A stretch of DNA of 64,000 nucleotides from the NCBI GenBank assembly GCA_951406725.2, contig OX597815.1:132246001-132310000 (forward strand). The letters are read 5' to 3'. The translations under genes were made by a program, and so were the position numbers. The notes beneath the pieces were generated by a model. That model saw only the letters and a list, made by a program, of their open reading frames with translations. It did no database searches and was not told where the DNA came from. Positions 27,220 through 40,598 of this stretch are shown here, in pieces (positions within the stretch are counted from its first letter, which is position 1; each line of letters begins with the position of its first letter). The stretch comes from Octopus vulgaris (taxonomy: Eukaryota).

Positions 27220-27221
<2 letters not shown>
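26637..27221 (+). repeat. Two copies (26637-26758, 27101-27221) of an AT-rich 3' tail related to family B, each followed by AT microsatellite
   Basis: About 121-bp apparently identical direct repeat; 27050-27082 resembles the family B motif GCTGCTATTTCTAA...TTCAGTATGTGG. Confidence 0.75.
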
Positions 27222-27293
<72 letters not shown>

Positions 27294-27473
27294 GACTTAG
27301 TAAAATAAATTACTTTGCCACATACTGAACTCATTAGAAATAGCAGCCACAAAAATTTTTTTTAAACTATTTCTAATACTTAAAGAAAATCTCTCTCATA
27401 TAGTGTTTGCTCAAGTCAACTCACGAAGATATGGGGGTAAGAACATTAAAAAATCACAAATGCAAAGGTTATT

Positions 27474-27525
27474 TGAGAACGTACGTTTCTAGATTAGTCA
27501 AATCGACATTTCTTTCGTCAGCTCA
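27474..27525 (-). ncRNA. Type I hammerhead motif, family B
   Basis: Same core and stems as 24364-24415. Confidence 0.8.
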
Positions 27526-28035
27526 GAACTCCTTGATTCGGATTTGGGAACACTGAAAGCGGGAGCATACCCTTTTGGCTTCTTATCACTTCCGGAGATC
27601 TGCTCCAACTACCAGTGCTATCAAATTCAAAATATGCAAGCGAATAATTTCTGCTCTCCCCTTTCCACCAGCGTGGGTTAAAATTGGTAAACACTATGTT
27701 TTATCGGTAAAAAACCGAAGCATTAAATAGAGAGAAATGAATTATAATTTCAACAATTGAGGGTAAAATTAATTAATTATTAATCAATTTTACCAAGTAT
27801 TCAGTATGTAAAGGGACCATTTAAGGCGAATTCAAATTATTACATTATATAAAAGGGCTTAGTAAAATAAATTACTTTGCCACATACTGAACTCATTAGA
27901 AATAGCAGCTAAAAAAATTTTTTTAAACTATTTCTAATACTTAAAGAAAATCTCTCTCATATAGTGTTTGCTCAAGTCAACTCACGAAGATATGGGGGTA
28001 AAAACATTAAAAAAATCACAAATGCAAAGGTTATT

Positions 28036-28087
28036 TGAGAACGTACGTTTCTAGATTAGTCAAATCGACATTTCTTTCGTCAGCTCA
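28036..28087 (-). ncRNA. Type I hammerhead motif, family B
   Basis: Tandem copy 562 bp from 27474. Confidence 0.8.
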
Positions 28088-28538
28088 GAACTCCTTGATT
28101 CGGATTTGGGAACACTGAAAGCGGGAGCATACCCTTTTGGCTTCTTATCACTTCCGGAGATCTGCTCCAACTACCAGTGCTATCAAATTCAAAATATGCA
28201 AGCGAAGAATTTCTGCTCTCCCCTTTCCACCAGCGTGGGTTAAAATTGGTAAACACTATGTTTTATCGGTAAAACCGAAGCATTGAATAGAGAGAAATGA
28301 ATTATAATTTCAACAATTGAGGGTAAAATTAATTAATTATTAATCAATTTTACCAAGTATTCAGTATTTTATATAATGTAATAATTTGAATTCGCCTTAA
28401 ATGGTCCCTTTACATACTGAATACTTGGTAAAATTGATTAATAATCAATTAATTTTACCCTCAATTGTTGAAATATTTATATATATATATATTTATATAC
28501 ATATATATATATATATATATATTTATGTATATATATAT

Positions 28539-28571
<33 letters not shown>

Positions 28572-28613
28572 AATATAAATATATATATATATATTTATCT
28601 ATCTATCTATCTA

Positions 28614-28665
<52 letters not shown>

Positions 28666-29433
28666 CGCTTCCCAACCACATGATTCCTGGTTCAGTCCTA
28701 CTACGTGATAGCTTGAGCAGGTGTACTCTACTATAACCTCGGGCCGACCAAATTCTTCACAACCGATGTTGATGTCTTTACGTCCCCGTAACATAGCAGT
28801 TCAGCAAAAGAGACGATAGAATAAGTACTAGGCTTACAAAGTATAAATCCTGGGATCGATTTATTCGGCTAAGAGAGAGAGAGGGAGAGAGAGAGAGTGA
28901 GAGAGAGAGAACATCGTACATGTATATGTATGTAATTCACATAGATGTATGTCTACCTGTGTATATGAATATATACAGAGGCAGACATGTGTATATGAAT
29001 ATATGTACTGATACATTTATCCATTTGTATGTGCGTGTGTGTTCGTGTTTAAATGCTGCTTTTTTTTTAATCATTTACATCTATCGACTACGAAAAGATA
29101 AAAAGCTTTCACATGTATTCGTCCGTCAAAAAGGTCGATCGACACAGCTATCAATGCCGGGCGACCATTAACAGTTACCGGAATCTATACAAATTTATCT
29201 TGCAAATTTTCACCTAACTCTATACCTGTAGTAGATATTGAATATAAAAATTGTAGGTACACAATCATCTTCTTACCCATTACCAGATATCTTAAAACAA
29301 AGCGACAGATTGGTGGTTCGGATCCTGCTTCTGCAATCCTTGAGTAAGGATGTACGCGTAAAAAACGAGTGCGTGTGAATATATATGTACATATGTTCAT
29401 TTGTCTATATGCATATATACGCGTCTGTGTGTG

Positions 29434-29467
<34 letters not shown>

Positions 29468-29627
29468 CATAGAGATACATGCATATTAATTATACAAATA
29501 CATACGTATATGTGTATAAACGTATGGATGTGTATATATGTATATATGTGTGTACGTGTGTATATATATATATATTTGTACGTACACACATGCGCGCGCT
29601 CGCACACACACTCACACACACATATAT

Positions 29628-29911
29628 ATATTAATATGGCAGTCTTATAAACATAAATAAAACCTTCGAACTGAGACGATCAGTAGCGACACCTGCAAGT
29701 CTGACTACGCTGCATTGATAAGGGACAACAACCCTGAAACGTCGTCTGTAGCTGTCTGACTGGCAGGATGAAGCGGCTGACTTCCCTTGTTCGAAGGTTA
29801 TAATGGACGCAGTTTGTGTGTCAAATAGCTAGTTTAAGGCGATGGCCTCATGGAGCTAATCAGCGACAGCTTTAGTCTTATGTTTATAAGACTGCCATAT
29901 TAATATGGCGA

Positions 29912-29915
<4 letters not shown>
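29628..29915 (+). mobile_element. Short element with 29-bp inverted ends and a degenerate hammerhead (29709-29752)
   Basis: ATATTAATATGGCAGTCTTATAAACATAA inverted at 29878-29906; GCTGCA-TTGATA-AGGG..CCCT-GAAAC-GTC-GTC-TGTAGC. Confidence 0.6.
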
Positions 29916-29959
<44 letters not shown>

Positions 29960-29964
<5 letters not shown>

Positions 29965-30322
29965 CTCCGTCGGTTACGGGTTGCAGTTAATCCATTCGAC
30001 GGAACAGCCAGCTCGCGAAATTAACGTGCAAGTGGTTGAGTATTCCACAGACACGCGTACCCTTAACGTAGTTGTCGGAGGTGATTCAGCGTGACAAGGC
30101 TGGCCCTTTGAAATACAGGTACAACAGAAACAGGAAGAAAGAATGAGAGAAAGTTGCGGTGAAAGAGTACAGCAGGGTTCGCCACCACCCTACCCTGCCG
30201 GTGGCTCGTGGAGCTTGAAGTGTTTCCGCTCAATAAACACTCGCAACGCCCGGCCTGGGAATCGAAACCGCGATCCTGTGACTGCAAGTCCGCTGCCCTA
30301 ACTACTGGGCCATTGTGCCTCC
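29960..30322 (-). mobile_element. tRNA-derived SINE (same family as 9688-10040)
   Basis: Minus strand GGAGGCACAATGGCCCAGTAGTTAGGGCAGCGGAC...GGTTTCGATTCCC. Confidence 0.85.
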
Positions 30323-30344
30323 ACACACACACACATACACACAG

Positions 30345-30376
<32 letters not shown>

Positions 30377-31549
30377 ATATACATATATATATACATATAC
30401 ATATATATATATATATGCATGTATGTATGTGTATATTTATATGAGTGTGCGTGTGATGATGTCACCAGCCATCGGGCGAGAAACTTTCGAAGTATACCTT
30501 TGCTAAGATAGTGTTCAAAGAATCATTATAATTTAACTGCACTCAGATTTCTTGTTGCTGATACAAAATGATGAAATTAAAACTAATTTTCTATAAAGAA
30601 AATTACTTATCACTTTAAAGTATATTAAATAAAACAAATTTCTGTTTGTATATTTACAATAAATGTGTTCTTTCTTTTTAGATTTTCAGAATATAATTGC
30701 AATCTTCACATTTAAAGACCTATCTCTGCTAAATATAATTTCAAAATGCGTCTTTTTCAGACACTTGTAAGTCACTGAATTCCTGTCTCTTCAATTAAAT
30801 CACTCAGTATCTCTCCTCTCTTCCCCCTTCTCCCCTCTCTCTATACGATATAAAGCATCAAGCACCTAGACAACCAAAGTTTATTTTGATTATCATAAGA
30901 TACACTCACGTATGGCTGTGTCTGAGTTTGTGTCTGTGCGACTGGTAGTTTGTGCGTTAAATTCACTGGCAAAGTTTTGGTTGATCTGAGGTTAAAGTAG
31001 AAGTCACTCGCCCAAGGTGCCACACAATAGAACTGAACATGGAACCAAACTATATATATATATATATATATATACCTGATTATTAAGAAATGAAGTGTAA
31101 TATGAATGAATATTGTCATGTCAATATCTATAAAAATACAATACAAAGTAGTCTAGTAGTTCAGTTGAACCAATTTCAACAGCGATAATACAAAGAAACA
31201 GACATACGAACGCACATGAGAACTTATGTACAACAGATGAAGACAGAGTAAGATTTATTACTTTACGTGTATGAGATAATGTTATTTTCCCACCCGTAAC
31301 AAATATGCGCTAAATCACCATGAAATCACATCCTTGCGTCTTAATGAACACTTTTGTACACATTCAGAATTAGGGATCCTTATATACAATAAATGGTAAT
31401 GCCTAAGTTGGGTCGACCTTTATTAATGGTTGACGCGATTTTAACTGTCCTGGCGCGAAACAAGGACGACAGAAACAACATCAAACTTATTTGATTCAAG
31501 AGATTTGTGTTTAAATAAATCGACTAGACTATTCCAAAACTGCTCCCAA

Positions 31550-31670
31550 TCATTGGCTGTTCCGTGTCAATGCCCCTGCATCCTTCAAGAGGATGTCGAG
31601 CCTCTTAAAATCTCCCTTAATCACATTCACCCGTTTGGTGCGTGACATGCCACGAGCCTCTTCCAGCTCG
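31550..31670 (-). pseudogene. Possible RTE-type LINE ORF C-terminal remnant
   Basis: RGMSRTKRVNVIKGDFKRL resembles the RTE C-terminal RGRPxxxWxDxxxxDL motif. Confidence 0.35.
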
Positions 31671-31695
31671 CAGTAGCTGTATAGAATGAGAACAG

Positions 31696-31728
<33 letters not shown>

Positions 31729-31735
31729 CATGTAC

Positions 31736-31781
<46 letters not shown>

Positions 31782-32479
31782 GTGTGTGTGTATGTGTGTG
31801 TGTGTGTGTGTGTGTACAAGCATATATATATATACACACACCGAAGTAGATAAATATAGGTATATAGGTATATCTACACACACATATACATGCATACATA
31901 TGTGTGTTTAACAAACCTTATCCCCCCCAGAAAGGAAAAATATACCCACCAAAGTTTCTTTAATATATTGGTTTTAAATTTTAGCGCAACGAGAGTAATT
32001 TCAGAGGGAGAAGTAAGTCGATTAAAAAGACGCCTTAGAAAGACAGTCGACATCTGAGGAATTAGAATTTAGATCGTGAAGACGCTAAACATTTTGCCCG
32101 GCGTGTACACGTTTCTGCCATCCCACCACCTTCATTTTCTTTAATGTTTTAAAGGGGAACGTTCTTACAAACCACAAATATGCAGTGACATTTTGAATAT
32201 GTACAGAGTTAATAGATATTAATAGAACACTACTCTAACGCCTGAAAAAATGTACAACTATAATAAAAATGACATATACATGGAAAATTGCATAAAATCC
32301 CGGACTTAAACTAATAATATGCGTAGCCTTAAAACAGGTAAAGACACAAAACGATGTAGAAACAAAAGTACAGAATCCGAAATATTCAACTATATCGTGA
32401 TAAATGAAACTAATATAAACTATGATAATTATGTATAACTGCTTAGCAAAATAACAAATTGAGTCAAATCATACACACA

Positions 32480-32650
32480 TAGACATATGAATTAAAATTT
32501 CGTAATTCAGCAAGACTAGCTAAGCACAACTCTAATCTTAACACTTTGAGTAAAAAGTACGATCTACACTGAGCTCCTACATGCAATGGAAACAAGAAAA
32601 TATGTAAAATATTGTCTACAAATGCGCTATATAAATTACGTAAACTAAAA
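32480..32650 (+). pseudogene. Possible degenerate PLE GIY-YIG C-terminus (Hydra-clade-like)
   Basis: Manual translation KFRNSARLAKH...KYDLH*APTCNGNKKICKI resembles NSTxLSK...YxIxW...AxxY....KxCxLC. Confidence 0.4.
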
Positions 32651-33274
32651 CAACAGAGTTTTCCTCTTGCAAACACATACACATAAATTCGTTTAAATTC
32701 TATAAATACCGTTCTATCGGGTTAAAAATAATATAATAATCGGGAACGTTATTTCGTTTGACTCAGTATAACATTGTATGAACAAGGAAACTTTTCAAAT
32801 AACGGTTGTATAAAAATTACGTTTTCCTCACAGTAGGAAAATAAAACAATATTTATACTAGTAAAATTTCTTAGGGTCACATTATTTGCATGACGTAGAA
32901 AACATTCCAACAACCCTACCCAAATGATGTTGGCATCAACTTTAAAATTTACGCAAGGCTTGATCACGAAGATCATGCTCGCGTTTCATCACAACACAAA
33001 GGCAGAACTATTCCACCTCAATTGACCCTCCTCACTTTAACAGTATGCTAAGACACATCAGAAAATACCTCATAATATTCAAATACCAGATAAACTACCT
33101 ACACCCGGATAAACCTCTGCAAACAATAACTCATTATTCAATTGGGTTAGGGTTCCCAAATAATAACTATAAAAAGAAACATCGTTAAATGTCTTTTCCA
33201 GATGAAACATCACTTAATGAATCATCATTCAATGTCTTTTCCAGGCTTGGCCTGCAATTCATATCGAAACTTAT

Positions 33275-33535
33275 ATATCGCTAGATCGTGGCTTCAATTC
33301 CTAGACCGGGTGATGCGTTAAGTTCTTGAGCAAAACATTTAATCTCTCGTTGCTCTGCGATAACTTCGACATCTGACGCGTGGTACAGTGTGCACCTGTT
33401 CAAACAACGTCGATTTGATGGTGAGATTGAGCTAATGCGCGGCACAGACATTTGATCACTATAAATAAATCATTTGCGCAGGTCGTTCGGCAAAAGCTGA
33501 ACGGTGATACGTCTTCTTCGACGGGAGAGTCCATC
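33275..33535 (+). mobile_element. SINE remnant with (CAT)n tail
   Basis: B-box-like TTCAATTCC, CORE-like TTCTTGAGCAAAACA, (CAT)n tail. Confidence 0.55.
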
Positions 33536-33975
33536 ATCATCATTACAATCTTCGTCGTCGTCGTCGTCATCATCATCATCATCATTATCATCATATGTGT
33601 GTGTGCAGCTACACAAAGAACAAAATGCCAGAAACACAGGTCAGTTATTCCTCTACAATTTTTGTAAATTCTTAAATATATCTTCTCCTGTGTACATATA
33701 CTAACAAACAAACATGATTTTTATTGAACTCAAAATGCTTTTTGGAGTCCTTTTCTGATTACTTTCTTAAACACTTTCTTGTAAACTGTTTTAACATTTT
33801 CTTATTATTATCAAAGAATGTATCTCTGTATTTTAATACTTTTGTGATAACCAGTACTTAACACAACAAAGCTCATACAAAGCTTTACATGTTACTTTTG
33901 CCAACCCTTTTCTAAAAAAGTGAAACCGGTCAAGTGAATAAACATCTTTAAAACGTTCTTTCACACACACACACA

Positions 33976-34038
<63 letters not shown>

Positions 34039-34584
34039 GTTTTACATATCATTTAATTTGAGAATTTATAATGGTTAGACTTTATTTCTTATTATAATAA
34101 GATAATATTTTCATTGATTAGTATTTTTTTAAATAAACTAGTTTTTAATTTTAATATAATGTTTATGTTTAACTTTTTATCGTGTGATATATTAAATCTA
34201 TATATTTTACACATGGATATTAATATAACGAGTTTATATAATGGATTTGAGTGTATTTGTACTTTTTCAAAGTTTTGATTGTATTTCATGAATGAATTTG
34301 ATTGAGTTGATTCATTAGAAGCTTATCTTTTTAAAATCTAGATAGATTAATCAGAATCGTTGAACTTAGTTATTTAGTTTGCTTATCAATATTAGTTAGT
34401 TCTTGCTATTATTTTGACTCTGATCGTTTTATTATTGTTAATGTTATTGACTGGTTTGGTAGAGGACTGGTGATTGTACTTGTACATCTTCATAGTGTAT
34501 TGTTCTTTGGTTTGAATATTTTAGCACCTTTCTCTAATTTGGGGTTCATAGGTTTCTTACTTTCCATTAGCATATTATTCTCGC

Positions 34585-34621
<37 letters not shown>

Positions 34622-34921
34622 TATATTATTTATAGATATATAGGTGGATTACGTATTTGTAATACTAAATTGAAGTTAAACAGGTATTATATTATTTGAT
34701 ATTTAGTCTATTTTGTTATATTAAATCTATAGATACTACACATGTATATTTGTTATATGGTTAGCTTATGTAAGGAGTTTGTCTCTATTTGAAACATTTC
34801 TTATTTTGATTACAATTTAATAACTTGTAATAGCTTTGTGTATTTTATCTAATTTTAAAGTATTTAATTAATGAAGTATTATTTTATTTTTCAGTTATGT
34901 ATATTTAGAATTTTCATATAC

Positions 34922-34965
<44 letters not shown>

Positions 34966-34972
34966 TATAGAT

Positions 34973-35041
<69 letters not shown>

Positions 35042-35105
35042 AAGATAGATAGATATATTAAAGTATATATATTAATTAATTATTTTACTGTTCTATTATA
35101 TTTTT

Positions 35106-35192
35106 AACCTGATGAGCGACTATATTTATATGCAAGTGATTTCTCTACTACTATAATCATTTCTTAAATATAGCAGCGAAACACGTGTGGTT
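35106..35192 (+). ncRNA. Degenerate hammerhead in an AT-rich element (about 35060-35365) ending in (TA)n
   Basis: AAC-CTGATGA-GC..CTATATTT...AAATATAG..GC-GAAAC-ACGT-GTG-GTT; the GUG triplet is predicted to be inactive. Confidence 0.55.
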
Positions 35193-35358
35193 TTTCTACC
35201 TATTATATACCTCATATTATTTTTGTAATTTACTTAATCTTTACTTTTTAATTGTTATTTTAATTTTAACTTTTCTATTATATGTAATTTTCTAGATGGT
35301 GTAATTTAATTATTCATTTTGAATTGATAAAAGGTTTGGATTTTATTCCCTCAAATAA

Positions 35359-35400
<42 letters not shown>

Positions 35401-36539
35401 CATGTATTATGCTATATGAGCTTTAAATTCATACTGACTGCATGTACATGAATTCGGGAATAAATCATTTATATCTATTTAAAACTCATGAAATAAGTGT
35501 CGCAGGATTTGTTGTTCTTATCACTTTTGTTCTCTTTCTCTCTCTATTGTCAACTCAGATGCGTCAATATTCCACTTTCGTTTACGAAGAGAAAGCATCA
35601 AATTCTGTGAATATGCGTGTAGGTATGTCTTTGAATTTACAATGATTTTCCTATATTTGCAGATGTCTATGTTTAGACGTATAAATATACACAGATGTCA
35701 GGCGATGTAATTAATTTAACGTCATACATGTATGTGGTCGTGTGTGAGCGTGCACATGTGAGTGAGTAGCCAGGTGCATCTATTTGACGCTTACCAAATC
35801 CCAGCCTCTTTTTTCTACTACTAACTTGTAAATAATTTAATATCGTTGTCTTCGGATTTTCTCTGAACAATCACAATTTCAATTTTTTCCTTCGATATCC
35901 GAGCTGCAGTTATTATAGCTCACTTTTGTTTTTCCCTACTAATCTCCGTAATAAAATATTAATAATTACCTTCATTTCGTATCTGTAGTATATAGAAAGT
36001 TCACATAAATTTACACGCAGTTCTTATTTAACACTTCCATATAATTTCAGTTTGGCAAATAACTATGGATTAATTTACTGTTTTCTTCTCAAGATCTGTA
36101 GTTTCAACAAGATTATGCAATCACGTACGTAAAGATTAGTATACAATGAACTAACATTTGCAAGAGAAATATTGGCAGAGATTATGTAATTTATGATGTT
36201 ATAGTAAAAATATAAACTACATCTATTTTATCTGCTCTGTTATCTATATACATACACACACACACACACACACACATATTCTTTTATTCTTTTATTTGTT
36301 CCTGTCATTTGACTGCATCCATGCTAGAGCACCACCTTCAATCGAACAATTCTACCCAAGGACTTATTCTTTGTAAGCCTAGTACTTATTCTATGAGTCT
36401 CTTTTGCCGAGCCACTATGTTACGGGGACACAAATACACCGACATCGGTTGTCAAGCGGAGGTGGGTGGGAACAAACAGACATACGAATATATACATACA
36501 TACACACACACATATATTATATATATATATATATATATG

Positions 36540-36654
<115 letters not shown>

Positions 36655-36659
36655 CAGAC

Positions 36660-36747
<88 letters not shown>

Positions 36748-36748
<1 letters not shown>

Positions 36749-37030
36749 TACAAAAATGGGACAAGAAGGCAAAACATCCAGACTGTTAGGTGAAACAAAA
36801 AAGGGGCAACAAAATATCCAGACAGACGAGATACAAGGAGAACAAGTACGGATCATTCGGAGTTTTCTATCCTCAGTCGAGTTCCAGATTATCTATACAA
36901 TTTCCAGTTGAAACTGCAAAGATAATCTGGAACTCGATTGAGGATAGAAAACTCAGAATGATCCGTCCCTGTTTTCCTTGTATCGTCTGTCAGGATGTTT
37001 TGCGTACTTGTCCTATTTTTGTATTTTTAT
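36748..37030. repeat. Foldback (long imperfect palindrome) between (GATA)n and (TA)n
   Basis: ACGGATCATTCGGAGTTTTCTATCCTCAGTCGAGTTCCAGATTATCT is inverted around about 36907. Confidence 0.85.
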
Positions 37031-37249
37031 ATATATATAAAATATAGCGGCCTACGTATATAAGGACACAAAATGTGTCGAAGCCATCAGAAAGCGTCGA
37101 TGCTTCCTAGGGCTAAACAGCGGTGGTGTAACCCCCCTACTGTCACGTTCACGTTAGACTGACAGTATACAACCATTCTATCGCCCCACCACCGTACATA
37201 TCTCTATGAGAGATTTAGAAATTTAATATTTCTGATATATATATATAGT

Positions 37250-37453
37250 CAATCCAAAATGAACAAAAGAGAAAATACAGCAACCCGAGGACGTGGAACA
37301 AGTATAGTGTTATTGGAAGCTCAGGAACGGAAAGAAAGAAGGACAATTCAACGTTTCGAGCGGAGCTCTTCGTCAGAAACATAGAAAAAGTAAAGGTCCA
37401 AGGAAGGGAAGACGGAGAAAGAAAATTGCCAACGATACACCCACGGTCACACA
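37250..37453 (-). mobile_element. Short PLE-type repeat carrying a minimal hammerhead; related copies at 19590-19682 and 44222-44405
   Basis: Three copies share a block like AACGCGAGGACGTGGAACAAGTATAGTGTTATTGG..GCTCAG. Confidence 0.7.
37347..37379 (-). ncRNA. Minimal hammerhead motif
   Basis: Minus strand TTT-CTGACGA-A-GAGC-TCC-GCTC-GAAAC-GTT-GAA; stem III reduced to the palindrome AACGTT. Confidence 0.7.
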
Positions 37454-37737
37454 TATAAAATGTTATGTACGACGGACTTTTTCAGTTTACCGAATCCACT
37501 CACAAGGTATTGGTTGGTTCAAGGGTATAGTAGAAGACACTTGCCTAAGGTGTCACGCAATGGGACTGAACCCGGAACCATATGGTTGGGAAGCAAGCTT
37601 TTTACTACAGTTGTATATATAAATCCTGTTACTTATTTTGATAATATATATGTATGTGTGTGTGCGTGTTAAATAAAATGACACAAGAAAGCCAGGGCAG
37701 TGTAAAGATTCTAGGATATTTATAAAGAGAAAGGTAG

Positions 37738-37783
37738 TCTCACAGTTGTCTCGGGGGTATGAGGAATATCCCTTCATCAGAGA
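37738..37783 (-). ncRNA. Degenerate hammerhead in a PLE-type remnant (about 37670-37940)
   Basis: Minus strand TCT-CTGATGA-AGGG...CCC-GAGAC-AACT-GTG-AGA. Confidence 0.5.
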
Positions 37784-37948
37784 CGATACGAGAGTTGAAT
37801 AAATGGAATTAGTACAGTTGAATATAAATAGTTATTCTGGAAAGGGAGAGATATAGGAAGCATAAAGGGAAATAAAGGAATAGAAATAAAAGTACATGTT
37901 GGATATTACTGGCTCTTCTGAATACCAAAACCTATTATATCATTGCTA

Positions 37949-37986
<38 letters not shown>

Positions 37987-39014
37987 CAGAGTAAAACTGT
38001 TTATTTAACAAAGACATTCTCCTCAGTGCCAATCACTATTCGCTATTTCTGCACTGAACACTTGATGGAGATACAATTGACAGTGCAATGTTATTAGCAT
38101 ACTGGGTCATAGCATCAACACTTACGCAAACACACTCTCTCTTTGTAGACTAGAAAAAAACCAAAAGAAATCGCATCCAACTGATTCTCAAAACATCATT
38201 CACTAACACGTTATAATTTCTGATACACCTGTGTGCTGATTAGTTCGTGTATTTCATTTTCTGTTTATTTCTGCGACTGTTCCTGCAGGATTCGCACTTC
38301 TCACCCGCCTGTTTTAGTCACTCACCACTAATTTCATCGTCAACTCTTCTGCTCTCCACCGCTAAGATTTTTGCACAAAAATTTCACATCATATCTTTCG
38401 AATACTGGAATTCCCTCACGCCTACTCTGTTTCTTAACAGCCAGAAGCCAAAATAATAACATGGTGATCATCAAGTATATTTATTTTTTCAAACATTCAT
38501 ACACTGCTCTGACCTTTTGTAGATGATGCGTCGACCCGCCTGAATTGAAAAGTAAAAAGGAAGCAAAACTAAAATCATTGAAAGATTATGCAGAACGCGA
38601 TGTAAACATCACTGATCAATAGTATTCGAATTTTGTAAATCAATATTAAAACATTAAGAGAGTTCTATTATCGACGTTCCATTTTCATGATATATTTGCC
38701 AGACACATATACTCTGTATCTAGCAAGACATTCATTGATGTAGCTGTGTACTCGCTTCTTCTGTCATCTATATTTACAATAATAGGAACTATAGCATCAA
38801 CAAAATTTTCATCAATCATTAATATTACAATAGTCCCCTTCTTAAAAGCAATAGGAAAAGTTCACACTCCTTCGCCGTCGTCCGGGGCGACGCTTTTTTC
38901 ATTCTCTCTGTCGAGGTACATGGAAAATATTTCTATATTGTGAGAAACAGGAATACATACACACATACACACGCACACACACACACACACACACACATAC
39001 ATACATACATACAT

Positions 39015-39099
<85 letters not shown>

Positions 39100-39390
39100 A
39101 CGAGAGATAGATGTATAACTTCGTTTATATATATATATATATATATGTTTATAAAAAGTTTATAAAAAGTGTAGGTGGCTATGTTTTTTTTTCTAGTTTC
39201 AGCTCAGAGCTGCGGCCATATATATATATATATACATATATTCCGTGCAGTACGGAATTTTGTCAGTGAACAGGTCGCGGCCTCAAAGCGACGGAAATAT
39301 TTTGACAAATTAAATTTAAATGTTGAAATGAATTTATCGATTTTTGTGTGTTTCTTAAATGACTTATAAACACCTTTCACCCTGCAATTG

Positions 39391-39440
<50 letters not shown>

Positions 39441-39511
39441 TGATTGTTTATTGTCAGGAACAAAAAGATTAATAGGACTGCTATAGAAGTGCTCTATTGA
39501 AAGAGACAAAA

Positions 39512-39752
<241 letters not shown>

Positions 39753-39821
39753 TATGTATATATATATATATATATATATATTTATACATAATATATAAAT
39801 ACATATATAAATACATATGTA

Positions 39822-39859
<38 letters not shown>

Positions 39860-40329
39860 TATATATATGTTTGTGTACCTACCTGCTTACCTACTTATTT
39901 ATCTATCTGTGCTTATATATCTACCTATTAGCTTGCCTATCTTCCTAACTACGAAATTCAGTTACTAACAATAAATATCACTGACCTAATCACCTACGTA
40001 TTAACCTACTTAACTGCCTACTTACGAATGACCCTACGTATGTATAGTATCTGGATGGTATCTATGGCATTAGGGTATCTCTACGTTCTACGTGTATTTC
40101 CTGTTTAGTACGGGTAACGTTTTACTTATGAGGACGTACTCTGCATTTGTCTAGGTGTAATGCTCTTTGGTTGATTGCACAAACTGCGGATGTCAATCCA
40201 ATACAGCGTGTGTATCGCTATGTTAATCATTGGCATGTTGATATAGTACGGAGGACTGTTTCTTGTCATTATATCATCTCCAGTGCCCGTTTAATCTCTC
40301 TGCTATAATCCTAGAGGTTTCCCAGTGTA

Positions 40330-40598
40330 CAGATGTGAAATAATTTAGCAGCGCTGCGGATGTTACCATAAAGTTGAAGATCAGAGAAAAAGAAAACACC
40401 TATGCTGAACTTTTGAGAAATCTGCAGTTCCTCTATCCAGATTACAAGTTCAGGTTTATAGCTGTAATTATTGGAACTCTGGGATGTGTATCACACTGCC
40501 TAAATACCACTATTAAGAAATTAGGCTTCTCAAAACCAGAAAATAGAAAGCTAATTCGAAGACTACAAATCAACTCTATCACAGGAACTGTAAAAATC
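40330..40598 (+). pseudogene. R4/Dong-type non-LTR restriction-like endonuclease C-terminal fragment
   Basis: KIREKENTYAELLRNL...FIAVIIGTLG...LQINSITGTVKI fits EKxxKYxxL...PxIIGALG...LQ. Confidence 0.65.

Larger units (their letters stand above)
27287..28474. mobile_element. Family B locus 2: about 1.9 tandem 562-bp units plus a short inverted arm, in (TA)n
   Basis: Close homologue of 23212-24606; inverted arm at 28368-28474. Confidence 0.85.

Noticed and set aside
29270-29360. Possible minus-strand exon ending at GTAAG
   Set aside because: Isolated donor-like site with no supporting coding signal
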